DNA of 64,000 nt, taken from Mizuhopecten yessoensis. Its lineage: Eukaryota. The stretch lies in assembly GCF_002113885.1 (NCBI RefSeq), contig NW_018404519.1, positions 224,656 to 288,655 on the forward strand, given 5' to 3'. A program made the translations under genes and the position numbers. Every line of letters starts with the position of its first letter. Position 1 is the first letter of the stretch. The notes below the pieces were generated by a model that was not told where the DNA came from, ran no database searches, and worked only from the letters and a program-made list of their open reading frames with translations. Below are positions 1 to 13,535 of this stretch, one piece after another.

Positions 1-1
1 T

Positions 2-1570
2 GCCAGTCTTAGCGCAGGCCATGTACGTAGTAGTTCACAGGACAGTGCTCAGACTGGAGCACATGTAGATCCATGTCCTTTGTTACGCAGTAGTGAAATG
101 ACAATGCCTTCTAATCGGTACAGTAGGGATCAGTGTGATATTGTAGACAGAAATGAACTGATGACATTTCGTTCACCTCGAAGGCCACAAAGTCTGGAGC
201 ATCTTCGACATCCTGGCCATGCATTTAATGTACCAGACATCTCAACAATTTCTGAATCTGGATTGTCAGGAAATGACAGCATTTCCCAACAGCAACCTAC
301 GCAACAACAGCAGAATTTACAGGACTTACAAGCACTTAGGGAACTAAGATTATCAAACTTATTACGGAGCCCAGAGTGTGGTCCTGTCAATATTGCTAAC
401 TCACCTCCGTCACCTGTGCAGCCCCTGTCCATTCAGGGTGCAGGCATGCCTCGTTCAAGCTCCATTGTGTCTGATGTGTCAATGTTTTCTGTGTGTTCAG
501 AAACTGGAGAGAAAAAACTTTCCCAAATCACTGGTCAAGCACTTAGGAGTGATGCACAGTATCCAGAAAATGCTTTTGTAGGACGCCCGACACTTTCTGT
601 GTTTTCAGGGGGAGACAATTGTATTTCAACAAATAGGTTACCAAAGGCTAGTGAAAACGCTGCAAATGGTAACATTGATAATCAGAATGGCAATGATCCG
701 GAAAATAGCAAAACTACGGTTGATACGTGTGCAGGAAATGAATCAGGTTGTGATAACAATGACAGAGGTTTGGATGTTGTTAATCGAAGAAAAGACGAAA
801 AACAGAAATCTAGTAGGGAAAATCGACTACCACACGTGAAATTACGACACAAAAATAAACACAGAACACATAGGTCCTCATCAGGTAGCACATCTAGTGG
901 TAAAAAACGACACTCGCTCACCTCTGATTCACCTTCCGAGTCTGCTACCAGTGTACGACCTTTGCCAAGATCAAGATCTGAGGTCAAACATACAGAGCAA
1001 CTTTCTGCTCTGAGGAAGCAATATAGAACGAAAAAGGGGGATCCCCAATTTGTACACTGTGATATGATGCCCCCTGCAGGGCACAGTCATCATTCTTTCC
1101 ATGGGGAACCTGATTATGTGACTTATTCTCCAGGTGCCAATAATTGGGGTGAAGTTTCCGGGTTGTATGCTGTTACTAGTATTATGGGCGATGTGCGTCA
1201 CTCAAAATCAAAATCAAAGTTGAGTGCTGCCAACAAATCAGGAAGTGTAAGCAACAAACAACCAAACTCCCCAACTGATGGAAGCTCTAGTCTGTTTTGT
1301 CCGACAAATGTGGCATTTGTAAAAAAGAAAGTGAAATCAAGCAAGAGAGGTCGCCATGGAAATGCTGCTGATCAAAGATCACAGGATATCAAAATCAGTG
1401 GCTACTCTCAAAACAAAATCCTAAACAGTGATTTAGACATAGAGTTATCTCCCATGCATGAACTCTCTGACAAAAGCACGAAATTCAAAGATAGCTGCAT
1501 TGTTGATAATAAAGACGGAGTGTTGTTGGAGTCTAGGTCCAATATGGATAACAATAATTATAGTATGTAG
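2..1570 (+). CDS. Terminal coding exon (5'-partial) of an unidentified protein; Ser/Asn/Lys-rich, probably disordered C-terminal region
   Basis: Frame is open from base 2 (ASLSAGHVRSSSQDS...) to TAG at 1568-1570, over 520 codons of non-repetitive sequence, followed by AT-rich UTR-like DNA. No recognisable domain; the ORF-track start at 80 is an internal TTG. Confidence 0.75.
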   Translation, partial: ASLSAGHVRSSSQDSAQTGAHVDPCPLLRSSEMTMPSNRYSRDQCDIVDRNELMTFRSPRRPQSLEHLRHPGHAFNVPDISTISESGLSGNDSISQQQPTQQQQNLQDLQALRELRLSNLLRSPECGPVNIANSPPSPVQPLSIQGAGMPRSSSIVSDVSMFSVCSETGEKKLSQITGQALRSDAQYPENAFVGRPTLSVFSGGDNCISTNRLPKASENAANGNIDNQNGNDPENSKTTVDTCAGNESGCDNNDRGLDVVNRRKDEKQKSSRENRLPHVKLRHKNKHRTHRSSSGSTSSGKKRHSLTSDSPSESATSVRPLPRSRSEVKHTEQLSALRKQYRTKKGDPQFVHCDMMPPAGHSHHSFHGEPDYVTYSPGANNWGEVSGLYAVTSIMGDVRHSKSKSKLSAANKSGSVSNKQPNSPTDGSSSLFCPTNVAFVKKKVKSSKRGRHGNAADQRSQDIKISGYSQNKILNSDLDIELSPMHELSDKSTKFKDSCIVDNKDGVLLESRSNMDNNNYSM

Positions 1571-2587
1571 TAGTGATGTATAAACCGACTGTTGTACATC
1601 ATCCAGGAAGAGACACGACTAGGAGATGTATAGATATGATTTTTTTCTCAGCAGTGTGTACTGGTTCAGTAAAGACTCATTGTTCAGGACTGTTTTGTTT
1701 AAAAGAATTATCAGCTAAAATCTGACATTAGTATGATCAGAAGTATCATTAAAAACCAACTAATTTCTAACTATTGGCATCTGGGAAAATTATTTTCTGG
1801 ACAATCAGATGCCACATTAAGAAAGTCTTTTCCACTCGATAAGGAAAATTTTCCCAATCATGATTGTTATTATGTTTAGAATGTCATTCTGAAATTTGTT
1901 GGCATCTCCCCGTACTAATTGATGAGCTGTATATACCCAACCAGTCTTTGTTTGTCATTGAATCAGAAATGTACAATAATGTCTGATATACTTTAAGAAA
2001 TCGTGAGCTTGTGATCCATTGGATAACATCAAGAACTTTTAAAGTTATTCACTGGAGCTGTAAAGGAATTTGTTTTTGTTTTTTTTGTCTTTGTCAAGTT
2101 CTCACATTTTTATGTGAGCATTTGTCTAGTTTAATCTCATTTTGAATCTCTTAAGAAATTCTATTAATGCATTTATGCCTTATTACACACAAATTGAAAG
2201 TGTTCAAACATTTATATTGGATCTGATTGGTTTAAACGCAGAATATTTCTTTTAATACCTTAACATACAAATAATATAGATTAAGGGGAGGATGGTGATA
2301 TGGGAAAACATGTGCTGATCATAACTTGCTGGAAAGTTAATATTTCGAGACATATCTCTCAAAATGTCTTTTTCACTGGCCAGGTAACATCAGTGTTCAC
2401 TGGCCAGGTAACATCAGTGTTCACTGCACAACATACTGCTTAACATCAGATGAAAAAAATAATAATTCTTTTCATAAAAAGGTTGAAACGGGAGATGAAC
2501 TTTACATGCAGAACTTGAAATCCTTAACACTGGAGTGGAAATATCTGTTTTAGTTGTTTCATTTAAATCCGATGTAAAATACATAAC

Positions 2588-3232
2588 AAGTCTGTGGCAC
2601 AATACAAACCATATGAGTGGGAAGTCTGTGGCACAATACAAACCATATGAGTGGGAAGTCTGTGGCACAATACAAACCATATGAGTGGGAAGTCTGTGGC
2701 ACAATACAAACCATATGAGTGGGAAGTCTGTGGCACAATACAAACCATATGAGTGGGAAGTCTGTGGCACAATACAAACCATATGAGTGGGAAGTCTGTG
2801 GCACAATACAAACCATATGAGTGGGAAGTCCGTGGCACAATACAAACCATATGAGTGGCAAGTCCGTTGCACAATACAAACCATATGAGTGGCAAGTCTG
2901 TGGCACAATACAAACCATATGAGTGGCAAGTCTGTGGCACAATACAAACCATATGAGTGGGAAGTCTGTGGCACAATACAAACCATATGAGTGGGAAGTC
3001 TGTGGCACAATACAAACCATATGAGTGGGAAGTCTGTGGCACAATACAAACCATATGAGTGGGAAGTCTGTGGCACAATACAAACCATATGAGTGGGAAG
3101 TCTGTGGCACAATACAAACCATATGAGTGGGAAGTCTGTGGCACAATACAAACCATATGAGTGGGAAGTTTGTGGCACAATACAAACTATATGAGTGGGA
3201 AGTCTGTGGCACAATACAAACCATATGAGTGG
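2588..3232. repeat. 34-bp minisatellite (AAGTCTGTGGCACAATACAAACCATATGAGTGGG), ~19 copies
   Basis: Near-identical head-to-tail units with no spacers; this explains the repetitive minus-strand ORFs at 2414-3250. Confidence 0.95.
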
Positions 3233-3742
3233 CCAATAAACTTTTAACACTTCTTCTGTAATATACCTATTTTTTTATGCACTAAATTTTTAGAGCATTA
3301 TCAAATTTTGACAGTTTTGGTTAGTGCATTAATGAATTGGCAAAATATGCAATAGACAGCCATATACAGGAACTAAAATTGATACAATCCTAATTGAGTG
3401 CAATATTTTAAGTGTAAGAAGTGCTAAACTAAAACTATCACTAAAATTAAGTATTTTTACTGTAAATGAAATGAATGAACGACTTTGCAAATAATATATC
3501 GGATCTCCTAAACGAGTCTGCTTACAGCTGTTGTAAGGGAGGTAACTATTAAGATTTACTATCTTGCCATTCTTTTCTTTATCAATTCACAATTCAAGTG
3601 TTTACAGGAAAATGTACTCTCATTTTCTATAAGTCAAGGAAAATTGATAATCAAAAATCATTTTTTTTGCAGTACAATGTTTTATTGACTTAAGTATTCA
3701 TACTGTTTTGCTCAATGTCTGGATGAACTTTCATTGCTAGAT

Positions 3743-4032
3743 TTAAGCTGACAGTGCAAGTTAAAAAGCTTTCAATTGAGATTTAAAAAAATAAAATATT
3801 TTTTTTATTCTGGTTTTGAGAACTTCCCCAGTGACAATCTCTCCTGGCTGACTAAGGAAGCGCAGACATTTTAGAATGTACTTGCTAAGTAACGAGTATG
3901 GGTCTCGCTAGGTATAAAAAGTGCATTGTGACACTACTACTACTAGTATACTATACCCAAACTCAAAACCAGAGAGAGAAAAAAATGTTTAAATCTCAAT
4001 TGAAAGCTTTATAACTTGCACTGTCAGCTTTA
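3743..4032. mobile_element. MITE-like element with ~75-bp terminal inverted repeats
   Basis: AAGCTGACAGTGCAAGTTAAAAAGCTTTCAATTGAGATTTAAA...TCTGGTTTTGAG (3745-3820) is the imperfect reverse complement of CTCAAAACCAGA...TTTAAATCTCAATTGAAAGCTTTATAACTTGCACTGTCAGCTT (3962-4030); flanks resemble a degenerate TTAA. Confidence 0.7.
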
Positions 4033-6136
4033 GGAACTGCAGGTTTCTGTAGATAAATAGAAGTTTAAAAACATGAGGATATGAAAAAATCTTATAGTGA
4101 CAAGAAAATCAAAAAGTTCAGTGACACAATGTAGTAAAACTTACATGCTTCACAACATATACTTAAATAACAGTTCAAATGTAGCAGATTTTTCAGACAA
4201 CGGCCCAAGAAGCAAAATAGAAAGTTCTGTTGTTTCTCTTAATCGAGGTTCTGCTCTAGTGTTGAAACATGTGCTCCTTCAAGTAAGCCCAATTATATTG
4301 GTCATTACTAACTTACTAATGTCCCTGGAAGTGAGAAAAATTGTGTGTGATCTATGGAGAAATTAACAGTTTTGGATGAATCTGTATGTATTAATAATAT
4401 AAACTTTTCATATTTAACTAACTTATTGTGAAGTGTATAAAAATATTAATATTAACGTTATACACTTTACATAATAACAGATCTTATTGTGTTAAGGTAC
4501 AGAAGGATATATTTATGTGTTTGTTTTCAATTTTACTTTCTGATTTACATTGAGTTACAATGTTTTTGAGGATGGAAAATCGGTTGAGTATTATTTAACA
4601 GTTACTGTTGTGATTTCATGATAATGCGTTTTATGCGGGGGAATTTTAGACTACCCATACTATTCCTAGTAACAGAAATATTTGAATCTTTTGGTTGTTT
4701 TGTGTTCGAGATGAGAAGGTACAATGTTAACAGTATGTAATATTTAGTGACATTATACATATGTATATGAAGTATGTAAACCTCATTTCTAGTAAAGTAT
4801 TTGTTTTATGTGTGGAAGAAAATATTTGTAACACATGTCACTACATGACATTTTCATCAGATGGTTGATTCTGATATGTTGGACAAAATTTCTACCATCT
4901 ATCTTAAACTTGGGGAATCGTCTTACCTTTTAAGTGTGCAAAATCTACACAGATTTCCCTGAATACTGGTGTCTTAAACTTCATATTTTACTACTTCTTA
5001 CAATGAGACTTAATGTCACTTTACCAGCAACGTGAAGGACGGAATCATGTTGTCAGAAAAAACTGTCAGTTCAGTCCAGATTAATGATGGTCAAACAGTG
5101 TTTCAGTAAAACACAGTAAATGTCCAAGGATCTCTTCAGATCTTTCCTAAGTAAGCATGTAGCAGACATAACCAGCATGTTGGGTGTCAGTAAAGTCAGG
5201 TTTCGCTGAATAATTTTTAGTTCAAATGATTTTAAAACACCAACTTAATTGTCACAGATGTACCCTTTTAAAAGGGGTTCCTTACAAGATAACTTGTAAT
5301 ATATATTTTATGAACCTTATTGTGCATTTTACAATAGTATATACAGTATTGACACTTTCAAAGAGCCCATAATTGATTTAGTTGTTAATATATTTAAGGG
5401 AGATAACTTCTGCACAAATTACTTCCTAATACCGGTATGTAAGGTAGGATATATATATATATGCTTCAAAGTCATAATGTTTTGAGAAAAAAAAAGATTC
5501 GCATACATTACATCTATATACTTTATATCTGTGACTTGCTGCTGAAGAATTAAACTCATAGACAGGAACCTAGGAATACGGTTTGCCCCTCCAGCTGACA
5601 GACTCCTGTCCAATTACTTACTGGTACTGGGTTTATAATCAATTGGATACAAAAATCAATTAAAAGGTAATGGAAAACAGTATTATCAGGCTTTGTTAAC
5701 AGTATCATCAGGCATTGTTAACAGTATTTACAGTAATAATTAACAGTTTTACAGTAAGCGTTGATAACGGTACAAGAAGTGATGGTTTCTGGTATTTTGG
5801 TGACAGTTGAAAGTCTGTAATGATGCAAGTCTGATTGATTAATGTAATTAACACAAAACCTGTACAACACCTGCTCTCTAAAATAATTTCTCTTGTCAAT
5901 ACACTCTCCATTTACTTGTTAATGCCGAAAAATATGATCTCATGAAGGGTGATGGAAAAACACACTCGACACCTAATTAATTTTGTATGAATGAGAAGTT
6001 GTCACCAAATGATGCATGGTGGACAACAATATGTATTTTATGATTGTATTGTTTGCATACAAAGTATGTTGTCATGTATTATCATGAAATCCTTCATTTC
6101 TAAGTCAAATTATTTACTAATATTAATTTCTACTGC

Positions 6137-6385
6137 TTACAATGTTGTAAAGCTTGTAATTTACATGGTCCTGGAGACATGTATTGGTGTAGTGATTTAT
6201 AGTTTTACAATGTTGTGAAGCTGGTAATTTACATGGTCCTGGAGACATGTATCAATGTAGTGATTTATAGTTTTTACATGGTCCTGGAGACATGTATTGG
6301 TGTAGTGATTTATAGTTTTACAATGTTGTGAAGCTGGTAATTTACATGGTCCTGGAGACATGTATCGGTGTAGTGATTTATAGTT
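6137..6385. repeat. Short tandem repeat, ~70-bp units (one shortened), 3-4 copies
   Basis: TTACATGGTCCTGGAGACATGTAT..GTAGTGATTTATAG recurs four times. Confidence 0.85.
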
Positions 6386-6849
6386 CGATGTTTGTATATC
6401 TGCCAAACCTTTTAACATGTATATTAAAGCAATCCAAACCAGACACTTGTTTGTTTTCTCCTTTCCATGACACAAAACAGGAGAATTTTACACAAGACAA
6501 CAGGCTTTTACACTGATGGTGTGTAAGTCACAGAAATTGTCAGAAACTAAGGTGGCGGTTGGTTTCTAGGGAAACATACGTATATGCAGAACGTTCTGTC
6601 CATCATGGGTTTTGACACCTAAATTACAACAAGAATTCCAGAGGAGTGGATGTGTCGACTGTGCAGGCAACTGTAATGAGATTATGAAGACTGGATCAAT
6701 TTACATTAACGATGACTTCGATCAATCCAAGGGATGTTGAGTTATCGTATGGAAACCTTGTCACAACCAATATGGACGCAGACGTTGACAAAGCGTTGCT
6801 GCTTGACCACCAGCAATCCCATGGCATATTAACAGTCAGTGTGAAGTTT

Positions 6850-7402
6850 TGAGGTTAATCGGCCTAAGGAAACTCTAGTTATTGCACGGAAACAGATTTT
6901 CTATTTATAGTAACGTTGACCCTGACGTTTGACCTTCGGATCTGAAAAGCAATCCCAAGCAAGCATTTGGTAAGAAAGCACTGTATGAAGTCTCGAGTCT
7001 GATCAACCCAAAGAAACTCTAGTTATTGCACGGAAACAGAATTTCTTTTTACCAGTATAGTAACTAACATTGACCATGACCTTTGATCTTTGGACCTGAA
7101 AACAATCCCGAGCAAGCACTTTTAGTAAGGAAGCACTGTATGAACATTGAGTTCAAAACTCTAAGGAACTTAGTTATCGCACAGAAACAGATTTTCTATT
7201 TATAGTAAAGATGACCTTGACCTTTGACCTTCAGACCTGAAAAGCAATCCTAAGCAAGCACTATTGGTAAAGAAGCACTGTATGAAGTGTGAACCCAAGG
7301 GAACTCAAGTTATCGCCCAAAAATTTGTTTGGACGACGCAACCGACAACAACAATGTCAACAAAGTAACACATATGTCGCCTGGTGTTGCAGGCGACACA
7401 AT
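6850..7402 (+). mobile_element. Decayed HINE/pearl-like non-autonomous element with ~150-bp internal repeats
   Basis: Three diverged GAAACTCTAGTTATTGCACGGAAACAGA...AAGCACTGTATGAA units, then a GGACGACG microsatellite remnant and a 3' hairpin TGTCGCCTG..CAGGCGACA. Confidence 0.55.
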
Positions 7403-8202
7403 TAAGTGTAAAAGAATGCTTTGATGTTCATGAACTTTCCTTAAATTTTTTGTTCTTTTTTCTGCTCGAGTCTGATTTTGAACCAGAATTGAAATTCAAT
7501 ATGGCCATCTGTGATTTTTGCACCTGAAGTGTCCAAAGATTTTTGATCAATTACTCTTGAATAATTACTTATGTTTTCTTCAAACTTCCAACAACAAATT
7601 ACACATGTATTGTAGTATCAACTGCTGCTCACATTTGATTTTGATCTTGATTTGAAATTCAATATGACTTCCATTTTCTGTGCAATAATTCTTGAAGAAA
7701 TGATTTTGTTTTCACAAAGCTTTATAGAACTCCCCACTCAGGTTTGATTAAAGTTTGTCTTAAGCCTAGTATGGCTGTCAGCAACCATCTTGGATTTCAT
7801 GTTTCCAGACAATATCTTTAGAAGATTTTTTTTTTTTAAACTTGCCTGGTATACTTTCTGGTATACTTTTTACCTAAATCCCTAGCTGAGGTTATATTCT
7901 TGGCCTTGTGTATATCTCATGAGACTTTGGTGATCTGATTGGCAGATGTTCCAGATGATAAATTTTGAAGGGTTTATTGAATTGTGATGAAACTTGCTTT
8001 GTGTAGTATTCATATACTTATTATCCAAGTCCCTTGTTCAAGCACATAGGTAAAATTCCAATATATTTAATGAGGCTGCTGTACTTTGATCAATGATACA
8101 GCAGCAAATACGTTGCATTTTATTCTTTCATAATAGGTAAACTATATATCGGCCATGCATCTTTCAGTTTAACCTGCATAACAAGTTGTACAAGTAATAA
8201 TA

Positions 8203-10077
8203 AACAAGAGGCCCAGAGGGCATGTATCGCTCACCTGGATATCAAAGCAATCATGGCAAAATATTCTCCAAATAAGATCCAAAGGAATGGGCCAGACCCC
8301 AAGGACAATCCTTGTATCCTATCTGTATTAGATTTTTCATGCCCAGACATTTTATGTATGGTTATGGGGTGGGGATCTCAACTGTTTCCAAGGTGTGACT
8401 CAAAAAAAAAACTAGGTCCCTAGGGTTGTGGCCAGACCCCAGGATCAATTATAATATCATGACTGCATTCGTCTCTTTATGCCCAGCATTTGTATATATA
8501 CAGTTTTGGGGTGGGGATCTCAACCGTTTCAAAGTCATGACCCAGGGACTATGTCTCCAAGGGTGGGGCCAGACCCCTGAGCAATCCTGGAAGCATATTT
8601 GTGTTCTTCTCTTCATTTTCAGCAATTGTATATATGGTTATAGGGTGGGGATCTCAACCGTTTCCATGCAATAAACTATTTTTGGCCCTCCCCTTTAGCC
8701 AAGGGGATCTGCCCCACTACTTGGACAATTTGAATCCCAGCCTCCAATGAATGCTTCCTACCAAATATGATTGATATCTAGTGCATAGTTCTACAGAAGT
8801 CATTTATAGCAATATAGCCAAATTACCCTTTTTGACCCCACCCCTCAGCCCCTTTGGGGTCAGCCCAACCATTTGTACAATTTTGAATCCCCGCCTCTCA
8901 TGAATGCTTCTGACCAAATATGATTGATATCCAGCGCATAGTTCTACAGAAGAAGTCATTTATAGCAATATAGCCAAATTACCCTTTTTGACCCCACCCC
9001 TCAGCCCCACGATTTGTACAATTTTGAATCCCCGCCTCTCATGAATGCTTCTGACCAAATATGATTGATATCCAGCGCATAGTTCTACAGAAGAAGTCAT
9101 TTATAGCAATATAGCCAAATTACCCTTTTTGACCCCACCCCTCAGCCCCACGATTTGTACAATTTTGAATCCCCGCCTCTCATGAATGCTTCTGACCAAA
9201 TATGATCGATATCCAGCGCATAGTTCTACAGAAGAAGTCATTATAGCAATTTAGCCAAACTGCCCCTTTTTGGCCCCACCCCTCAGCCCCACGATTTGTA
9301 CAAATTGAATCCCCACCACCTGGGAATGCTGCAAGTCAAATATGGTTGATATCCATCACTTAGTTTCAGAGAAGAAGTCGCTTAAAGCAATATAGCCTAA
9401 TTGCCCCCTTTTGGCCCGCCCCCTCAGTCCCCTGGGGGGTCAGCCCCACCAGTTGTACAATTTTGAATCCCTGCCTCCCATGAATGCTTTTGATCAAATA
9501 TGATTCATATCCAGTGCATAGTTCTACAGAAGAAGTTGTTTGTAGCAATATAGCCAAATTGCCCCCACCCCTCAGCCCCCTGGGGGGTCAGCCCCACCAT
9601 TTGTACAATTTTGAATCACCACCACCTACGGATGCTTCCAGTCCAATATGGTTGATATCCATCTCATAGTTCCAGAGAAGAAGTCGCTTCAAGCAATATA
9701 GCCAAATTGCCCCCTTTTGGCACCGCCCCTCAGCCCTCTGGGGGGTCAACCGTACCATTTGTACAATTTTGAATCCCCACCACCTAGGGATGCTTCCAGT
9801 CAAATATGGTTGTTATCCATCACTTAGTTCCAGCGAAGAAATCGCCTAAAACAATATAGCCTAATTGCCCCCGCCCCTCAGCCCCCTGGGGGTTCAGTCC
9901 AAATATTTGTACAATTTTGAATCTCCACCACCTAGGGATGCTTCCAGTCAAATCTAGTTAATTTCCAATAAGTGGTTAAGAAGAAGAAGTCTTTTAAAGC
10001 AATTGTTGACGTACATACGACGGACAATGGACGGTATGGCATAAGCTCACCTTGGTCCTTCGGACCAGGTGAGCTAA
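8203..10077 (+). mobile_element. Helentron-associated (HINE/pearl-like) non-autonomous element with internal ~120-140-bp tandem array
   Basis: 5' AACAAGAGGCCCAGAGGGCATGTATCGCTCACCTG; about 10 internal units (TTGTACAATTTTGAATCCCC...CAAATATG...AGAAGAAGTC); GACG microsatellite remnant; 3' hairpin GCTCACCTTGGTCC-TTCG-GACCAGGTGAGC. Subterminal inverted repeat GCTCACCTG/CAGGTGAGC. Confidence 0.8.
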
Positions 10078-10499
10078 TAATGACAAAACAAAATACATTG
10101 TATAAAATAAATGGCACTTTATTGATTTTAACATAATTTATTGCCTATAGCAATGGGATTGGGCACCAGTTGTACAACTTATACAAAGCCCTTTCCTTTT
10201 AACTTTATTGATTTTAACATAAATCGTTGCCTATAGCAATGGGATTGGGCACCAGTTGTACAACTTATACAAAGCCCTTTCCCTTTAACTTTAGTGATAA
10301 TAATTTACATACATTAACCACATGTGCACATTTATATTTCTATTCTGTATGCAATTTATTTTTCATAATAAAATAATCCACCTGATATATTTCCATTTAC
10401 CCCTATCTTTCAAGGTACATAGGAAAATTTAAGGAATTCTTCAGGATAATAACAGTTATTGCAATCCTAGGCAGTAAATATAAATGCATGAGCTGTAAA

Positions 10500-11552
10500 A
10501 ACAAGAGGCCCATGGGCCTTAACAGTCACCCGAGTTCTGATATATTTATACAGACAATTGATTTTTGTTTTTAAAACAAGAACAGAAGTATTATTCAAAG
10601 TGACAAAAAACAATAAAAAACCTTATTCAATATCTAGCATACAGATTTAAGACTGAAAAGTATTTGAATTTAGCACCTCTGATTCTAAACAAGGAAAATG
10701 AAGAAATTTTAGCACACTGACTCCTTTGGGTGCCCTTTGGGGCAGAGCTGGCTCAAAATGTTCAAAGTATCAAACTGTCAACTCAGGGTTATAATTCCAA
10801 TCAAGTTATCAACATGTAATATTCAAAGTATCATTTGCCATAATAAATTTGCCTCCCTCCCCTTCCCCAGGGGTAAACGTGAGACCATAGGGTCATAAAA
10901 TTCACAATTTTGGTAGAGCACCTTAAAACCCTTCCATCTATGAAGAGTATTTGATTCTACCCTATCTGGGTATTCAGAAGAAGATTTTGAAATTTTAGTC
11001 AATTCAACCCTTTTTGGCCCCACCCATCAGCCCCGGGGGTCAGTCAGGGGTGATATGTGCATACCATCAAACTGCTATCCAATACCAATAATGCTAACCC
11101 AAATTGAATTACTTCCAATGGAAATTAAACAAACGTTGGGCCAAAATGTGATTTCCCTATATAAACTATAGTAGAGTTTACCCCCTCCCAAGGGGGAAGC
11201 GTGAGACCCCAGGGTCAAGAAATTCACAATTTTGGTAAAGCACCTTAAGACCCTTCCAACTATGAAGAGTATTTGATTCTACCATATCTGGGTCTTGAGA
11301 AGAAGATTTTAAAAATTTTAGTCAATTTGCCCCTTTTTGGCCCCGCCCCTCAGGCCCCTGGGGGCTGGGGACCAAATAAGCCACTGTTTTTGTTCACCTT
11401 TGGCCATGGAAGGTTTCTGTAAAATTTCATTGAAATTGGTTCAGGGGTTTTGGCGAAGAAGTCGAAAATGTAAATTGTTTACGGACGGACGACGATGGAC
11501 AAAAGGCGATCGCAATAGGTCACTTGAGACTTTGTCGTCTCAGGTGACCTAA
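10500..11552 (+). mobile_element. HINE/pearl-like element, second family (same family as 46316..47665)
   Basis: 5' AACAAGAGGCCCATGGGCCTTAACAGTCACC; internal duplicated segment with period ~322 bp; GGACGGACGACG; 3' hairpin AGGTCACTTGAGAC...GTCTCAGGTGACCT. Confidence 0.8.
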
Positions 11553-12239
11553 TAAAAGCATATAATATAACTTCTACTGACCATGAGTGTCCTCAGACAA
11601 CAACAAACATGGTGCTTTGATGTTAACCTCGTACACCATCATTTTGAAACTTCCTGTTTCATTTTTTGATTGTGCTGCCTCTGCTCGTGTCATGAAGTCC
11701 AAACAAGTATTATAAAAACCTCTGTAAGCCCATATTATCTGTATATATTCTCGAATACTAATTACGAAACTTAATAAATTCATGCAAAACAAATGAATAT
11801 ATATAACAAAAAGTGTTGTTAAACAATAACCCATGAATTATCATGCGATAAAAGTCACCAACTTTGATATCTAGTGTAAATTGTACATAATGATAACTTT
11901 GGTTTTAACAGTAAATATATTACTGTGTCCTTAATACTGACACACAACACATCCTTAAATGACCTTAGCTGTTGATATCATGTTAAACTCTATACAACTA
12001 ACCAACCAACCAACAAACAACCTTCAAGTGTAATCATCGTCAATATCCTAGAGATAATATTCTTTTAGTATAAAAGATAATAGATGATTTCTGCATGAAC
12101 ACCAACATTAACCTTTTGACCCAACACTGTCTTATCATTGATACTGTGCTTCTATTTTACTGGACCTACCAGTCTGCTGAGTTGATCAAATAAATCAATT
12201 TGTTTTCCTAATGAAAAGATCAAATACAAAGCTGATTAA

Positions 12240-12368
12240 AGAGTTATGAGAGGTTAGGGACGTGTTATGAGAGGTTAGGGACGTGTTATGAGATGTTAGG
12301 AACGAGTTATGAGAGGTTAGGGACGTGTTATGAGAGGTTAGGGACGTGTTATGAGAGGTTAGGGACGT
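12240..12368. repeat. 21-bp minisatellite (GTTATGAGAGGTTAGGGACGT) x6
   Basis: Direct tandem units, most containing GGTTAGGG. Confidence 0.9.
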
Positions 12369-12415
12369 GACCCAACAAACCTAACAAAGACCTGCTTTTA
12401 CATTAATTTAGAAGT

Positions 12416-12608
12416 TGCCCCCTCTCTACATCAAAGACTGTACTGTAGGGCTCTGCTCTCAGTTTGATTTCTGTATGCCCCCTCTCTACATCAAAGACTG
12501 TACTGTAGGGCTCTGCTCTCCGTTTGATTTCTTTATGCCCCCTCTCTACATCAAAGACTGTACTGTAGGGCTCTGCTCTCAGTTTGATTTCTGTATGCCA
12601 CCTCTCTA
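12416..12608. repeat. 60-bp tandem repeat x3
   Basis: CCTCTCTACATCAAAGACTGTACTGTAGGGCTCTGCTCTCAGTTTGATTTCTGTATGCCC repeated. Confidence 0.92.
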
Positions 12609-12769
12609 AATCTGAGACATCTGTGTGTTCCTATCTAATTCTGTGACTAATATAACCTATTACCAGTAACTGAGCGATATCAGGTTATCTCAGTCGGGGC
12701 TAAGATTCTGTAGCATAATCTCAAACGAGGCCGACTGCAATATCTCCTCTCTTGATCTGACCACTGTGT

Positions 12770-13535
12770 CTCCTCTCTAAATCTGAATAGTGTGTCTTCT
12801 TTCAAAATCTGACCACGAATTTGCCTCTCTAAATCTGACCACTATGTTGCCTCTCTAAATCTGACCACTATGTTGCCTCTGTAAATCTGACTACTGTGTG
12901 TATCCTCTTTAAATCTGATCACTGTGTCACCGCTCAAATTCTGACCACTATAATGTCTCTGTAAATGTGACGACTGTGTCACCTCTGTAAATGTGACGAC
13001 TGTGTTACCTCTGTAAATGTGACGACTGTGTTACCTCTGTAAATGTGACTACTGTGTGACCTCTGTAAATGCGACGACTGTGTGACCTCTGTAAATGTGA
13101 CGACTGTGTCACCTCTGTAAATGTGACTACTGTGTAACCTCTGTAAATGTGACGACTGTGTTACCTCTGTAAATGTGACGACTGTGTTACCTCTGTAAAT
13201 GTGACGACTGTGTGACCTCTGTAAATGTGACGACTGTGTGACCTCTGTAAATGTGACTACTGTGTCACCTCTGTAAATGTGACTACTGTGTCACCTCTGT
13301 AAATGTGACTACTGTGTTACCTCTGTAAATGTGACTTCTGTGTTACCTCTGTAAATGTGACTACTGTGTTGTCTCTGTAAATGTGACGACTGTGTTACCT
13401 CTGTAAATGTTACTACTGTGTGACCTCTGTAAATGTGATGACTGTGTTACCTCTGTAAATGTGACTACTGTGTCACCTCTGTAAATGTGACTACTGTGTC
13501 ACCTCTGTAAATGTGACTACTGTGTCACCTCTCTA
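12770..13535. repeat. 26-bp minisatellite (CCTCTGTAAATGTGACGACTGTGTTA), over 25 copies, downstream of the GLOD4 stop
   Basis: Homogeneous from ~12955 to 13535 and more diverged (AAATCTGACCACT variants) toward 12770. Confidence 0.92.

Noticed and set aside
2-1570. Assigning a gene name to the first ORF
   Set aside because: Low-complexity tail without a recognisable domain; identification needs the upstream exons or a database search.
2588-3232. CRISPR-like appearance of the 34-bp repeat, and the 205-278-aa minus-strand ORFs
   Set aside because: Units are contiguous with no unique spacers, there are no cas genes and the context is eukaryotic; the ORFs are by-products of the repeat.
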